Source of the DNA: Fimicolochytrium jonesii
Lineage: Eukaryota
DNA: 64,000 nt
Direction of reading: 5' to 3'
Assembly: GCF_025526975.1 (NCBI RefSeq)
Contig: NW_026515690.1
Location: 186,001 to 250,000, forward strand
Below are positions 1 through 15,200 of this stretch, piece after piece. Below the pieces are notes generated by a model that was given only the letters and a program-made list of their open reading frames with translations, searched no databases and was not told the origin of the DNA. Positions within the stretch are counted from its first letter, which is position 1, and each line of letters opens with the position of its first letter. A program made the translations under genes and the position numbers.

Positions 1-456
1 GCGCGCGCGAGAGCCAGCGGAGGAGTTTACGCAGGTTGTTGCGGTCGGTTACGATGTCGACCTGATGGAGGGGATAGGTTGGGGATGTGAGCTGGAGGGC
101 GCGGAGGAGGGGTTCGAAGGCCGACGAGGGGGATTTGGCGCCGTTGAGGTTGATGTATTCCGGGTCGGTGTCGTCGCCGACGGTGAAGGGGAGCTGGGTG
201 GGTTTCCAGTGGGGAGGCGAGCCTGAGGCAACGAAGGGGTGTGAATGAGACTGCGTCGTATTTGTTTCACACCTCGGAGGATTTTCGGCGTACCTGGAAC
301 GATGATTACGGGATTCTTCCCCTCCTTCCAATTGTACGACGCGACAGCCTTCATTCCTGAGATCTTTGGAACGGGGCCGGGGCGGGGCTCCGGGATCGAG
401 AGCCGGTCAAGCAGTGCGCCTTGGCCGCCGTTCATCTCTGCGGTTCTAGTAGGCAT
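1..456 (-). CDS. Conserved fungal hypothetical protein (family often auto-annotated 'geranylgeranyl pyrophosphate synthetase'); 3' end runs off the window
   Basis: Exon 1 ends ...ASYNWKEGKNPVIIVPG, followed by a GT-AG intron (~293-223). Exon 2 reads SPPHWKP...VDIVTDRNNLRKLLRW. The SYNW..PG.P and VD.VTDRNNLRKL motifs are typical of this family. Confidence 0.65.
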
Positions 457-983
457 GATTGAGATGTTGTTTGAGATGTATATTTGTTTCTGTCTGGGTA
501 GTGGTGGGTTCCAGAAACCTTGAGCATAGAGGGATGCAAGGGAGGAGGTTCACCAGCCACGGCCACTTCTTATGAGCTGTCTTAGACTGACACCCCTAAT
601 ACCAGAATGTGGAGAGAGACCTTCACCTGTGCAACTTTCAGAGCCCGTTCACATGTGCTTCGACTCGGAGAGGGATGCCGTTTTGACAGCTCCTGACAGT
701 ATGACTGTATGCCGTCAAATTCAACCCCTTCCAAAAACTCCCCCAATCCGGGTATTGTCGGAACATCGCAGTACGCTGCAGCAGAAAAGGACCATTTTAT
801 CCATCCCGGGACCGAAAGTTTGTATTCACTCTTCACACCCATTCAAGATTTTCCAAAATGTACAGCAGGGTACAAAGACATGCATCAAAACGCCGAAACC
901 CAGGCCATCACATGTCAATCGGGGACCCGCCTAAAATACTCCTCCCCGCACCGCACCACCATCACACCGTATATGACCCCCCC

Positions 984-3070
984 TCAAACAACACCCCCGC
1001 TCTCCCCCCCACCCAGCTCCGTCCCCTTCGTCTCCGGCACCGCCCACCACGTCACCACCGCGCCCAAAAACATCGCGCCTGCCAGCACTCCGATCGTCCC
1101 GTTGACCCCGATCGCAGCCGTCACGGGCGTGAACCCATAACTCGCGATGAACGCGCCAACTGCCCAAAACAAGAAGAGACCAATCAATCAATGATCGATA
1201 AATGATGTACCAAAAGGGGATGACGTTACTTTTGCCACACGCGGCGGAGATGCCGTGGGCAGTCGCCCTCCACTCGGTCGGGAAACATTCCCCGGGTACG
1301 ATGAACGTCGTGACGTTGGGCCCGAAGTTGATGAAGAATTGGGCGAGTGTGTAGAGGACGATGAAGAGGGTTGTGGAGGTGGCGAGGATCTGATGGTAGA
1401 AGATGGCTATTATCGCCTGTTTGGGGGGGTGTGGTGTGTTAGTCGGTGGGTGAGGGGGAGCGAGGGGGAGAAAAGGGGACGACGCTTACGTAGAAGACGG
1501 TCAGAGCGCTGAACCCGATCAACTGCAACCTCCTCCGGCCGATTTTATCTATCGTAGCCGCCGCGACGAAGTAGCCCGGCACTGTAGAAAAACAGGCGTG
1601 GATTAGGTGTGTCTTGTCTATCCGGTAGGGGGTATGAAGAGAGGGACCGTACGATTCCCCAGGAGGGCGATGATGAGGTTCCCCAACACGATCTTGAGCA
1701 TAGAATCATACACATTATCCCCGGACGCGAACCCGATCTTGGACAGGATGATGCTGTTGTTGAGGCCGAGGCCGTAGAGGGCCACATCAATCAAAAACTG
1801 TATAGCGGAAAAAAAAACACACCACGCGCGGGTTAGGAATCCAGGTAGATCTGCCAGGACATACGGAGAACAGGGAAAGCATACCCAACTCGCACTCGTC
1901 CCAAATAACAACTTCGCATTCCTCCACACCCCAAAAAACCGTTTGAGATTCGCCCAGGAGTGGTCATACTTCTTCGGGGTCTCGACCACCTCCGTCGCCG
2001 CATCATCATCCCCATGGCCGGTAAGTTCCACAACCGTCTCCTCATGCTGCAAAAACTTGTTGGCGTCTTTCATCGCCTGCGCCTTGTCGCCGGAGATGTC
2101 GGTCGTGTAGCGCGGGGATTCCGGGATGGTGAGGCGGGAGTAGAGGGCGAGGAAGGCCGGGAGGAGGCCTACGACCTACACAACCGGAACGAAGCGATTG
2201 CTGTTAATGCGATGTGTGAGGATGGCATGATATGCGATGGATGCACACATACGAGGAGTATGCGCCAGACGTGGTCCAGCGCCTTGACATCACTCTCGAT
2301 AGCGGAATGAAACGCGGGCAGAACGATCAGGGCGACGATGACGCCGAAGAGAAGTCCGAACCCTTGCATCGAGAAGACGGCGGCCATCATCATCCCGCGG
2401 TTTTTGATGTTGGCAAACTCCGCCGCGATCGTCGCTGCAAAAATGATATCACACATCCCCCACCAAACAGGTCAGGTCAATCCCCTGCCCCCACAAGCCC
2501 AGGCCATCCATCAAGACCGTATGGGGACAGGACAGTACATACCCGACATGGGATAATCAGCCCCGATCCCGACCCCCTGCACAAACCGACACATGCCCAA
2601 CGTCGCGACAACGCTCAAATACGGACTCTCGCCCGCGATCGTTCCGGCAAGCGTTCCGACGATGATGATCATCAACTCGGTCCCATACATGCGTTTCCGG
2701 CCGAATTTGTCGGCGAGGAACCCGAATGAGAATTGCCCGATGACGGCGCCGAAGTTGACGGCGGAGGTGAGGAGGGATTTTTGGGTGTCCGGGATGGTGG
2801 AGTGGTTGGAGGAGAAGTAGACGTAGCCGATCATTGGGACGATGAGGTTTCTGTGGACGAGAAAACGGCCATCAACCACCTCCCCTTCTTGAAAGGCGCG
2901 ATAAACGTTACACCCTTTTCGGGAGAGATAACGTACATGATGAAAAGATCATACTGATCAGCCAAGAACCCGACACCCGCCACGACGACCGCTTTGACAT
3001 GGTGTTTCGTGAACCCGGCCTCGTCCAGTTTGGAAGCCGCGAGCTTGCTTGTGCGTGGAGTGGTTGTCAT
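984..3070 (-). CDS. PHO84: MFS phosphate:H+ symporter (Pho84/PHS family), multi-exon
   Basis: Motifs [92 protein letters not shown] and VPETKG, on exons joined by GT-AG introns. Confidence 0.9.
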
Positions 3071-4348
3071 CGTGTTGGGATGTTGGATTGAGATGGGCTT
3101 TTCCAACGAGGGTTAGATACAGAGTGGGTATCTAGAGATTATGGCAGATCAAAACACGATGCTTGTCGAGACGCAGTATATAGGTGTCGGCCGACGATAT
3201 GGGAAGTGTCGTAGAACGGACAATAAATGCTCCAATGTACTTCCTGTAGATCGTATATTTCGAGATTTCCAAAACGACGGGGATTCTTCTTTCTGGCTGC
3301 TCTTTTTTAAAGCACTGGTTGTGCCGGAGGACCTCTGACATCTGTGTTTCTAAACTGTGGGCCGTATGCACGTTCTTTCTACCACCTGCAGATCTCACGA
3401 CACAATCAGCATTTAGGCTGTGCCGCAGCCCGGTCATCACGCTGAAGGGACTAGTCATATCTCAAAGTCGATCCCCCCAATCCCAGTTCCCCACAGAAAC
3501 ACATGGGGCGCGTTGGAGAATGGCTGGATATCGGGGGGCTGGGGGATGGTATGGATGGCATGGAGAATGATGTCAGTGGGGGGCGGATTGATACGTAGCG
3601 CACAACTCTAAACGAGCCGAATCTCCCTCGTCGGACGGAGCCAGAGAATGCAGTCCTTTCTCTCTCTGAGTACTTTGTTTTCGTCCCGGGACTTTCTTCT
3701 TCTCTGTGTTCAATTTGCGGTAGTCGAAGCGAGGTGATGAGTGTCCGATGACGAAGAATGTTTCCATGTTCCACCCATTCATTCCTTCCTTTCTCGGATT
3801 GTTCCAATCAGTCTCCCCTCAACTTCATCCGCCCCTCTTCCTTCGCACGTGCGTAAACGAATGGGCAGCTTTAATGTGTACATGTGTACAAAATCTGAAG
3901 GCACAACCTGCATCTGGAATCGAGCTGGGATGGGAATCGCACCGAGAACGTTTACATGAAGACGCATAAAACGTGCAAAGGAGTTGGGACCTCGCAGATG
4001 GCGAGAAAACCTAGCTTCGTAGTTCACCTTCTTTTCTTGACATGGGGCATACAGTCATGTACATACATACACCGGTAGCACAAAATGGATGTGTTGAAAG
4101 CCGCGTTTCAATCATACCTCCGAAGAGCAAAGTTTGAGAGATCGGCGATCGGTTTCAATAAAGGGAGTCCAAAAGCGCTGGAACAGGACCACGTTTTGCG
4201 CTTGAAGCACATCATTGTGATTAAAGCAATGTACAGTTGTTGTATGAGATACATCGAGTGGAAATAAAGAGACAACGCCGTTCCGCTCAATGGCCACCAG
4301 AAGAATGCATGAATAAATAGATAACACCGCAACAGCATGTAGCTTTCT

Positions 4349-7300
4349 TCATTCTCCCATCGCATTGTCGGGGCTGAAGAATCGAGCAGTAGTAAGCATG
4401 GCCATCCCACCTTTACGCCCCAAAACAGCTTGTCGACTTACAGTTCGCTAGGTTTCAGTAATCCAGGTACTTGTAATGCCTTATCCCGTTCTTGTTTGAT
4501 TCTCGCTTCAGCTTCTGCCTCGCGCTCTGCACGGTACAACTCGCTGTTGTCGTCTCCGGTGAACTCCTTTGATGTGAAGGCGCAAAGAGAAGGATTTAGC
4601 ACTCCGCTAACGAGGAAGGTCAAACTCGACTGGCATGTACCTTCAGAGTCACAAGGAAATCCCGCAAATGGGTTTTGAACTGAGCCTCATCTTCGCAGGT
4701 CGTGAACAGGGCAAGGACGACGTTTCGGATTTGCGCACTACAATAGGAGAACAATAACCAATGTGCAAAAAGGAGCGTTTAGAAATGTGATCCCTCTGAG
4801 ATAGTCACCGCTCGCGGACACAAACCTTTGCAAATGAGGGAAAGCCCTTTGTAACAAGTCCATGACATACTGGCTGACGAAGCCCTCGTTCGTCATGGTC
4901 ATATCTGGTACTTGCGACGGGTCAAAGAGCGGTACAGTAAGTTTTCCAGGCGTGCGTACGAGTGTGAACATATCTCTCAAGATCATGGATTGGAGTTTGA
5001 ACCCTGGCAACGCGAAGGTATGAGCGCAGGACTCGATGTGCATATTGATGTGACACTCACCAGACTTGTGGAACGGGTTTGTCAGGACAAAGAATATATC
5101 TTGGAGGAGACTGAGGAAGTATGTCTGGTAGAATTGATTGGCGATGGCCCGATCCACCTCGCTGAAGTTTGTGAGCATCTCGAGGATAATCGAGAGCCCC
5201 GTGTCATTGATATCTCGCATCGTGTGTTTGAAGGCCCAGACAATGCTGTCGAGGAATAATCGGAACTGTGGTGGTGGCAAACGCAGGAGAGCTGTACAAA
5301 GCGGTTAGGCCAATAAATCTGCTTTTCATTCAGAAATGTAGAAAATACCTTGGAAAGAGTTCTTGTTGATAGTTCGCATCAGGTTGAAGAATCCCACACG
5401 ATGTTCGGGATAGTCCTCGAAGTTCTTGTTGACCATATTCAGAGTGCATTCAAAGACGGCGTCCAGAATAGCGGGCACTTGGTCATTCATCAGGGGCTGC
5501 AGACGGGGGCTCTGATGTAAGGAACAAACCACGTCTTCGGAGATAACGCGGCAGGACGTACCCCAACTCGATCGTCCATGATGCGCGACAACACATGCAA
5601 AACAACTGCATCCTTGGCGGGCTCAACGCTGCGCGCATAATCACCAAGGACCGTGTCAAGCAATGGCGGTATCAAAGTTTGCACAACGGTCTGTGGATCG
5701 TCTGCTTTGTGAATGTACGTTTCGATCAGTCGCAGGACATCCTTCTTGATGGTTCTCAGGGCTCGAACAGTCGGTGTAACCGTCGCGATCAATCCTGCAG
5801 GGAGGGAAGGTTAGAGTCTGAAGCATGCAACCAGAGGCAGGACTGCGTACAACATACCCTTAGTCTGCACATGCTGCCCAATCAACTCGCCTACGGCGAC
5901 GTATAAGGCCAATAGGTCAAGGTAGTTTCGTGCAATCTGAACGTAGAACGAGGGCCCTATCGATGTGCACGCGGAGATATTTGTCTTGATAATATTAGAA
6001 AGCAGCTTCACTGTCTCTGGTGTTTCAAGGCATGTCGGATTTTGCCGTGCTTGCGCGATATAGTCGTCCCACTAGACGACATTTTCGAGGTTACTGATGA
6101 TAACCGGCCGCAAAGAGAGTGTCTGCCATGAATACATACTGCTTTATTTGCCGCATCCATGAAAGTATTGATCAGCCTTTCCTGATCTGGTCGTCTTGTT
6201 TGCGCGGAAATAATGTAACCAACGGCTTCGTAGAACGTGTGGAGCTAAGCGCAAGTCAGTTCTTTCCGGCATGGGCCTTGCGTCTGTGCATGTCCGATTT
6301 AAACGTACCTGAGGCGTTGCCAAATCCATGGTTATCTGTCCCATCCCTTCCAGGATGTCGTCGATGTATGGGCGAGGCTCTTGATGCTGTGTGATAACAA
6401 AAAGACGTTTGCACTTTTGGGCGATCTTGATGAACGTATCACACGCCATTTCCTGAACACCTGTAATCGAAAAGATGTTTAACAGATCGATTATGAGCGA
6501 CAGACCAAAGAAAGAAGCCTACCTTCATGTCTTTCATGCATAAATTCAAAGAGTTTGTTGACCACAGTTTTGAGGAACTTCCAATGCGCTTTCAAGAAGC
6601 GTGGATACTGCCCAACAATGTACATGATGTTTGATGCCACGATCGCCTTGTTGTCTTTGCCCTTCTTGAGTTCGACAAGACTGAGCAATTCTTTGATGAC
6701 CGTCACTAAGAACCTCTTTTCCATGTCTTCCTCCATCGCCCCACTGATGGATCCGATAGCCCAGCATAGTTTGTTCAGGTTTCCCCACGACCATTCGGAG
6801 CCGTCGGACTGTGTTGGATTGAGTGGTCAGAGCATGTCCCCCTCTGTTTCCAAGGCATAACAACCAAGTTACCTGTCGTCGCAATTTCCCTGACATAATC
6901 CTCTCCATATCCTCGCAGTCGAGGTGAGTGGAGTAGACTAGTGTTTCGCGCATGCTTTTGTACAGCACGATGGTGTCGCTCTCTTTCAAGGATTCACGGA
7001 CGACTTCCCCTTCATCGTTTTCCACCACGATGACCTCCTCAGGCTTCACCATTTGCTCAATCATGATCGTACGCAGGCGAGACAAGGCATCGGCATACAA
7101 GTGCTTGCGTAGTGGGTTGTTGTTGCCGAAAGGGGTGCGAATACCGGAAAGATTGAGAAGCGGAGGATCGTACGTTCTGAGGGACTCCTGGAACAGTTCT
7201 CCCACCTACATATCGTGAAGTGATCAACACGGGAAATGGGCGTGAATATCAGAACAACGTAGCCACCAACCAGCTTGGTCCAATATTCCAGGCAGATTTT

Positions 7301-8897
7301 GAAAAGCTCTCTGTCATCCACAGCTGTGATTGCGAGCAAATATTGATGGCCAAGGTACAGACGGGCCTTTCGACTCGGATCTACGCACAGAACCTCAACT
7401 TCCTGCAAATACGTTAGCATGACGTGCGGGGACGAGACAATCAAAGGAACACTACCTTGCCATGGATACTGAAAAAAGTTGTAAAGAAAAGTGCGAGGTT
7501 TTGCACGAACTGCTGGTCATTGTCCGCTAACAGGTCCCAGGTGCCCTTCAAATCTGCATGGAGGGAAACTCAGTCACCGAAATGCGATTCATTTCGTTCT
7601 TGAGATTATCACTCACCAGTCTCAACAGGTAGCATGGCGGGTATGCTGTCAATTGTGACTGTGTAAAGTTCAACAAACTTTGCTTGGTAATTGGATTCCT
7701 GAACTGTCAACGAGGCTACTTCGGTCAAGCACTTCAATGACACATTCCGGAATTCGGGCATGATGAAGAACTTTGGAAGATGATTCCAACACAGATGGGT
7801 CAGCGTCAAATGGAATACGCTCCGTACATCGCACACGAAATATGCTTACGCGCTTCATGAGAATGTCGACTAGGTTCGTCTCGAAAATGTAGCCCAAGGG
7901 GATCCAGTTGAGAAACCTCAGCAATGTTTCTAATGTTGCATTGATCAAGCTGGGCTTTCGTGCCTTCTCGAGAACCTCAAGGCAGATCTGAAAAATCTCC
8001 GAAAACTCTGCTCCCATGGTGTCCTTCAAGTTCTTGGCTTTCGTAGAGGTCATCTGTTCCGCCGAGAAGTCGAAAATTTCCTCGCTAAGGTGGGAGAGAT
8101 TGATGAGTCTTACTGTATCCCATCCAAGTTTGCGTAGGGTCTCACCTCAGCAGCTTCAAGATGTTCATATTGTTCTCGCACAGAGAAAGGTTCGTTTTGC
8201 TTGAGCTAACAAGTTCCGGGATGAACGTAGGCCAGTTGTGCGGCCATTCTTGTTTCAGTATCTGCAGGTGCAGTTAGACCTTCCTAGTGGTTCGTTGAGA
8301 AATACGAAGGTTGAGTAAATGCAACGTACTTGCACCAAGACGATGTTGAGCTTTCCAAGTAGCAGCCGATTCTTTTCAAGAGTTTCATCATCGGACGAGT
8401 TTTTGATGATGAAGGCAACGACAAAGTTCTTTATCCCTGCAAAACTTCGCGTAAAGAGATGGATAATGATGATCTCACCGAGTGAGTTGACTGGCATACC
8501 TGCTCTTTGGTCTTCTGGCAGAATCCTCCACATGCTCTTTATCAAGGTCTCAAGTATGGACAAGGCTATGTACTGCGAAAGATCGGTCAGCAGTGTTTTC
8601 CGGTTATGTTCGCCATTGCTCAAACAAACCTTCGATTGCAGGACTTGGGAGCGCTCCAAAATCGCGTCAACTCTCTTCCATGCGTCCGGATGCTGCCTAA
8701 ATTGCTCTAGCACCGTGTTGGCGACAGTTTGCTGGATACGGCGGTCAATAAAAGTGAGCCAACGCGCAAAGGTCGCAATGCTCGTGCGAAGCGACTCGAA
8801 AATATCCAACCTCAGGCCCATAAACAAACATGGCATTGACCACGCGGTCGAAGAGACCTATATCCAAGTCTCCGCTGAAGTCCAGGATGCCCTCCAT
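4349..8897 (-). CDS. CRM1: Exportin-1 (CRM1/XPO1) nuclear export receptor, many short introns
   Basis: MEGILDF start; [89 protein letters not shown] and [10 protein letters not shown], then a last mini-exon ending in TGA at 4349. Confidence 0.97.
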
Positions 8898-9483
8898 TGT
8901 GACTCTCGGCAACGATGGCGAATTTCGCACGGCGCGTAAAGAGTTCTTTTCGAAATGCAGCCTCTATAGAGAGCAACTATTATCCTCCTATGGTATTGAC
9001 CCTACAGCTTCGCGAGCACTATGCGTATTCGATGTCCTACGCCGTCGAGGCTTATCAGAATGTGTTCGAGTAGGTTCCTGCTCGACGGTTGTGCAGCGAA
9101 ATGTTAAGCGCTATGGCATGGTGAGAATGACCAAGCCCCAATCGGCACTTCTTGCCCGGCGACCACTTGGAGACTTACTTGCGAAGCGTTTCCCCTACGA
9201 CACCAGCTGGCAAGAAGGTCGAGTTGATGGGGAAATGGGGGTGGGGTAAGCAGCTGATCTATGCAAAAGCCACTGTCCGAAAGCAAAAGGCGGGGATCAA
9301 CTCGACGCAAAGCCAGCGCAAAGCGTGATGTGGACGCGCTGCGAGTTAGGGTTAACGAGCGTCAACCATTCCATCCACTCCTTCCACTCCCCACAGCAGC
9401 GGCTTTTCCAGCTGCTGATAGGCCTGGGAACGAGGGCACAGCAGTGTGTCGAGCGCTAAAAGGTCCTCTTTCGAAGTTCTGAA

Positions 9484-11891
9484 ATGGCTGCTCGCTCGAA
9501 AGCCGTCTCGGAAGCTCAGTCTTCGTTACAAGATCAGTTCTGCCCTTTTAGCTTCAGCTCCATCCCTGTTCTGCAGGCTCTACCCACAAACCCAAAGACC
9601 CTCCAATCTACTTTCCAGAGGTATGGCGCTCAACTAGCCGCCAGAGTTTCTACAGACGAGGACGAAGCAGCTGTACGAAGCCATGAGCTGTCTTTCAAGT
9701 CGAAAACTTCCCGGAAGCTCACAGTACCCCCCTTTCGCAGTCGCAAGCGGAATATGCAAATACCCTCATAATACACGCAGGCTCTCGGTATCTGCGTATC
9801 GGCCGTGCATCCGATACATTTCCGAAGGAAGTGCCGCACGTCATACTCCGGAAGGTGGATGCTGAGCAGGGAAAACTTTCAACTTCCTCCTCCCGTGGAC
9901 GGTTCGGGAGCCCTCTGAAAGAACAAGCGGAGCCGTATTCACAGCTCCAGGATGATCTGAACGAGCGGTTACGAGAGAAAAAGGTTCGCGTTGTGACGAA
10001 TGCACGAGCGCAGGTGCTTGCATTCAACGCGCAGGCGGAGCCTCAGGCGATTGCAGACCATAATGATCCATATAGGATTGAGTGGTCGCAAGTACCGGAC
10101 GGCATCGGCCACGCCGTGGGTCTCAAGGTCAGTAGCTAGGTTGCTATTCACTCTGAGCTGTTGGCCGGTGCTTAACGAGTCCATTTTGCGGGATAGGCTC
10201 TACATGTAGCAACCCTGCCAAAGCTCAACCATGAAGATGGAGACCGGTCCTATCGACGATTGTATCCCATCCAGCATGGGATACTCAATATATCAGATTA
10301 CTCATCCGCGAGGCAGTGCCTGGCGGACATGAGAGTGATATGGACAGAGAGCATTGAGAAGGAGCTGGACATTTCCCGGGATGCATTTGGAAGCTTCAAC
10401 GTAGTTTGGATCGTTCCGAATCTGTTCAACAAAGTCCATGTCCGAGAAACCATTGAGATGCTGTTGAATGACATGGGTTTCATGGCTGTTGCCCTTCTAC
10501 AGGTAACACGTGCCCAAACGTATGCCGGTTCTGAGCGTCGGCTAACGAAATGGCCCAGGAATCCGTAGCTGCGTCGTATGGAGCAGGAATCACCTCAGCG
10601 TGCGTGGTGGACATTGGGGCACAAAAGATAAGCATTGCATGCGTTGAGGATGGCATGTGTGTCGGCAAAACGAGGTGAGGATAGCGGGATCAACTGGAGA
10701 GTACGAGTTTCGTTTGTTGAACTCGAGACATGTTTCAGACTCCAGTTGATGTATGGAAGTGACGATGTATCCGCGTTACTCATGAAGCTCCTATTGGGGA
10801 GCGGATTTCCGTACAAGAGTTTTGATGCTGGACAGCATGCCCATGACTGGGTTTTGGCGGACGAGTTAAAGGAAAAGCTTTGCACCTTCGAAGAAGTGAG
10901 TCGCACTCATACTTTGTTGCAAATGCTCGCCAAAACTGAAGGCCTTCTAGTCCCAGCTTATTGTAAATCTGTGTGACTTCTATGTCCGGGCCCCGAATCA
11001 GCCGACACTGTCATATAGGATGAAAGTGTATGATGAAGTAGGGGTCGCTCCCTTGGTAAGCGCGACACAGCTTCAACGTGTACGCTTACACGGCTCTGAA
11101 GCTTACGATATTGAATGTCCTAGCTTCTGCTGAACCCGCAAGCGATTGACTTCGAGGAGAAGCTGAAGTCCATGGCCCTCGGTCAAAACTATCTGGATGT
11201 TAATGCTGAAGATGAAACTCATGAAGAAGAAGGGGGTGCCGCCAAAACCACAGCGCCGATACAAACCGGTGGTCTCAAACGGACAAGGGATGGAGTGCCG
11301 AAGGAAGAGTCAAACTTCAAGGCGTTCAAGGCTCCCTTGGGCGTTGGCAGCGATGTCACAGAGGATGGTCACTCGGACCTCGATCCGCCGTCAACGGATG
11401 CTGTCGAAACATCAACACCATCGTCAAATATGGAACAAAAACTACGAGAGAGCCAGCTATTGGGAACGATCTCACAAATCACGTCTCCGCTAGACACAGC
11501 TATCGCTCAATCAATGGCGCATTTTGCTAGCACCTGCTCCGATCTTCGAGTAACCGAGCTGGAAACGCGGCTCCGGAAGGTCGCATCCGCTATACTCCTG
11601 ATCGGCGGGGGAAGCCTGATACCTGGGCTCGGCCCACTTCTTGAGGAGCGCCTTGCCAAGAAGTGTCAAGAACCTTGGTTCCGAGAAGCGTTACCGGGAG
11701 CATCGACCTTGGCCATCGCGCCACAAGTGATGCAGAACCCAAGGGAGATTGATTCGCGAGTACTGGTGTGGACGGGGGGCGCGGTGTTTGGGAGGTTGGA
11801 CATGATCAGTGATTTGTGGCTTACGAATAAGGAGTGGAAAGCGAGAGGGATACCGGGCTTGTCGAACAAGTTGATGTTCATCTGGGATTGA
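9484..11891 (+). CDS. ARP8: Actin-related protein 8 (INO80 complex subunit), multi-exon
   Basis: Actin-fold motifs YPIQHGILN, QESVAASYGAGITSACVVDIGAQKISIACVEDG, YGSDDVS, ILLIGGGSLIPGL and NPREIDSRVLVWTGGAV; the last is typical of the Arp8 C-terminus. Confidence 0.88.
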
Positions 11892-12210
11892 AGTAGATGG
11901 GAGATAGAGCCTATGGGTCGTTTCCATGGTCATTTTTGTACATGAATCATACACATTTCTTGGACATGCGATGGCATTTTGGGCCTGACACCATGCTGTG
12001 CTCGATGCTATAAAACGGCCCTGGTTCGATGTCGGTACTCATAAGTTGAACCATACGTAGTGTACAGCATGTGGTTGACATGGGAAAGCGCGTCCGAGAA
12101 GGCTTCAGACCCTTCCGCGTCCGAAATGCCCCTCTGACGCGCTCTCGAGTCTCCACGAAGAGACCCTCCCGGAATCTTGCGCAAGTTTGCTCGCCCACTA
12201 CCACACCATC

Positions 12211-15200
12211 ATGCCACCAAAACGAGCGACCCGAAAGAAGAAAGCGCCAGCGACCTCCGCCCAGTCAGCAGGCGCCTCAGCCTCCTCCGACGATCTAGCA
12301 CAAGCCAAGCTACTGCCACTGTTCGCGCACAACCAATCGCATTTCACTCAAGTCTTCAACTCAGGCATCGCAGCTTCCCAATCCGATATCAACACCCATG
12401 TCCAGTTTCTGTTCGACTACTGGAAGGATATCCTCCACGGTGATGTGCACGAAAATCCCCAGCAAATGCTGAAGACACCTGGCAAAGGACGACGGTTCAA
12501 GAACTATGCCGCGTCGCCATCGGGAACGGCAAGGAAGATCAGCGGACGCGATAAGCCGACTGGGCAAGTCGACCTGGATGACAGGCCGATACTGAAGCTT
12601 AACAAACCGGAGAAGAGGAAGCACGGCAAAGTCCGGGTGGAGATTCCAATGACGAAGGGGGAAAGGCAAAGTACGGAGTTGATGGATAACGGAGGGCATA
12701 GCAACTCAAAGCGACCGCGCGTGAGAGGAGTTGGTTCGTTCGAAAAGGGCGTTCATGTGGGAAATAATCGAAGCGAAGCCGGGGAAGAGCCGAATGCGGG
12801 TGCTTCGCTGGCCGAGGCAGGCAACGACACTAGGGAGAACCTTGATCTGAGTTTCACGAGCCGGTCTGTTGACGATGCCATTGAGGAGAGTGTGAATGGG
12901 GATGCGGAGAATATTGCAGATTCTTCGATGGTAACGACGATTCTCGAGCCGGCTACAAAACCTGCTGGTCGTACCCGCGTGGTGGAAGCAGTGCCTGAGG
13001 CCCAAGTTCCCCCGGTCCGCGCTAGCAAACGCCTTGAGCAGAGAAAGCCGGAGGCCGCGGAAGTTGACGATTCTCGATTTGCGAAAGAGAAGAATATCTC
13101 CAATGGGAACAGCGCTAGTCAGTGCAACGAGGCCGGTGTAGAGGACATTTCGGAGTCAACTGAAGCTGGTGGCAGCGCGGGAGCGCAGCGAGCCGGATCG
13201 TTGCGACGAACCAACAGCGCCGGTTCTGAAAAATCATCCGGGAGCACTCGATTGAAGGTTGTCAGGCCAGGGAAAGTATCTGATCAGATCCGCAAGATTG
13301 AAAGTGAGGAAATGCGTCGCCGTGAGATTCAACAGGTTGAGTCTCGTAAAAGCGATGCGGATGCCACAGCATCGACTGTTCCCAAAAGGAGCCTGGGACT
13401 CCGCAGCTCCTCAGCATCGCTTGCAGGTCGACAAGTTCGCGTTCCCACCCTGAACAGGCTCGTCGCTGCATCCCAATTTGCTGACAGCTCCGATGAAGAG
13501 GATGCGTCGTTCTCCGCCATTTTCCCCGCGGGACAGACCAGGTCTGGCTTTGCTATGTCAAGTCCTGCTGGTTCGAAAGCAGGCGCAGATTCCGCTGCCG
13601 CGGAGGAAAGCGTTTGGGAAGACGTCACCGTGCAGCTGTGTGAGGAAACGCCTCGGCCACCAAAGCCTGGGAACAAAACGCAAGGTTCTGGGCCTCGGCA
13701 AAGAAGCATGGACGACATGCTTTTAGATACTCCGAACGTCAACCCGACCGAAGAGGACACCGGCGATGTAACGGATATGTCAATAGACGCCTCCGAAACT
13801 CCTCGTCCACCCTCGACGCTTGCCGTGCCAACAGAGCTGGTTCGCAGATCGGACCCGAGTCCCATCCGACCGGCGCTGGTGGCTGAAAGCACACATCCAG
13901 CCTCTCCCAATGACAGACCCGCCTCCCTGTATGCCCGCATCGCCACACAGGCAGATCAGGATCGCCGTTCGAGGGAGCAACTCTGGGGTAAGACAATATT
14001 CCAATCCGAAGAATTCAAGAAAGTGAAGCAAGGGCTAGAGGAGAAGCGTCGTCGGTTATCCGCTGCCCGTGCGGCGGCTGGTGACACTGCTGCAACTTCA
14101 ACTTCGACGCTTCGAAGTCCTGTCACGCGACCCGCTCACAAAGTCAGCACACCGCGGTCGATATTGAAGAAGCGATCGTCGGAGGTCTCTCAGACCAAAT
14201 TCCCATCTCGGACCAATTCACTTGCTCCGTCTGAACTTGGAAGTCAACAAGAGTGGTTCGAGGCACAAGAACCTCGGCCTTCTCAAGATGTGGCTGATAA
14301 ATCCGCCGAATCCCGATCTCCACAGAATGTCCGGCTGCCCACTGCCTTTCAGCGCAGCATTTCGGGAGAATCAAAGGACTCGGACACTCAGGGTTCGGCT
14401 GACGAAGATAACGGGCGCATTAGTGGGGAGAAGAGTGTCACTTTCCAGCTTCCGGAGCAATCCGATAGCGATGAGGAAAGCCAGAGTAGGATGGTGGAAG
14501 GGGATAGCGATGTTGAAGACGTAACAGTTACCGTCGCAAACAATGAGCGGAGAGACGATGATACGCGGCAAAGCATGGCCAACTCCGTAGATGGGGATAT
14601 CGACACGGAGAGGAGTTCGGGGTTGCCCAGCGACAGACGCTCCTTCGGTAGTCAGGAGCAGGAACTTCTGGACAATGCGCGTGACAGCGTTGCTGGAGCC
14701 GCTGAGCATGAGATTATAAAGCTTGTCGAATCACCACCACCAGCGAGACCTAGGTTTGCCGCCAGTATCTTGGGAGCTATCGTAAGTGCCGTTTTTGTGA
14801 CTATCGGCCTGACGCATTCACTGATTCTTTTCACGACATTGCAGAGATCATCATTGAACAAGGTTGCTGGAACGACCTTTATTCCGCAACCGCAAGCTAT
14901 CAGGACGGCTACAAACAAAGCGAACCCCGACATGAAAAGCTTGAACGCTGCTGCTGCCGTGAAGAAGGTATGCACTGCAATTGGGCGCTTTGTCGCTCAT
15001 GACAGTCACTCAGCCGCATTGATTTGACAGCTGCAAGCGGACCGGGACCGCCGCCCCATTCAATCCACCGTAGACTCCCGCTTGGAAAACGCTAAACAGA
15101 AGCAGCAGCGACTTCAAGAGGAGGAGGCGAAGCGGATAGAAGAGCTTGCGCGACGAGAGGAAGAGAAGACGCGGAAGGCTGAAGAAAAGAAGTTGGAGAA

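Noticed and set aside
709..930. IVGTSQYAA resembling a kinase activation-segment remnant
   Set aside because: No other kinase motifs nearby; too short to support.
12187..15027. 946-aa single-exon ORF with a TM-like C-terminus
   Set aside because: The hydrophobic stretch is read-through of an intron (GTAAGT at ~14782); the real gene splices on to the IN-box exons.
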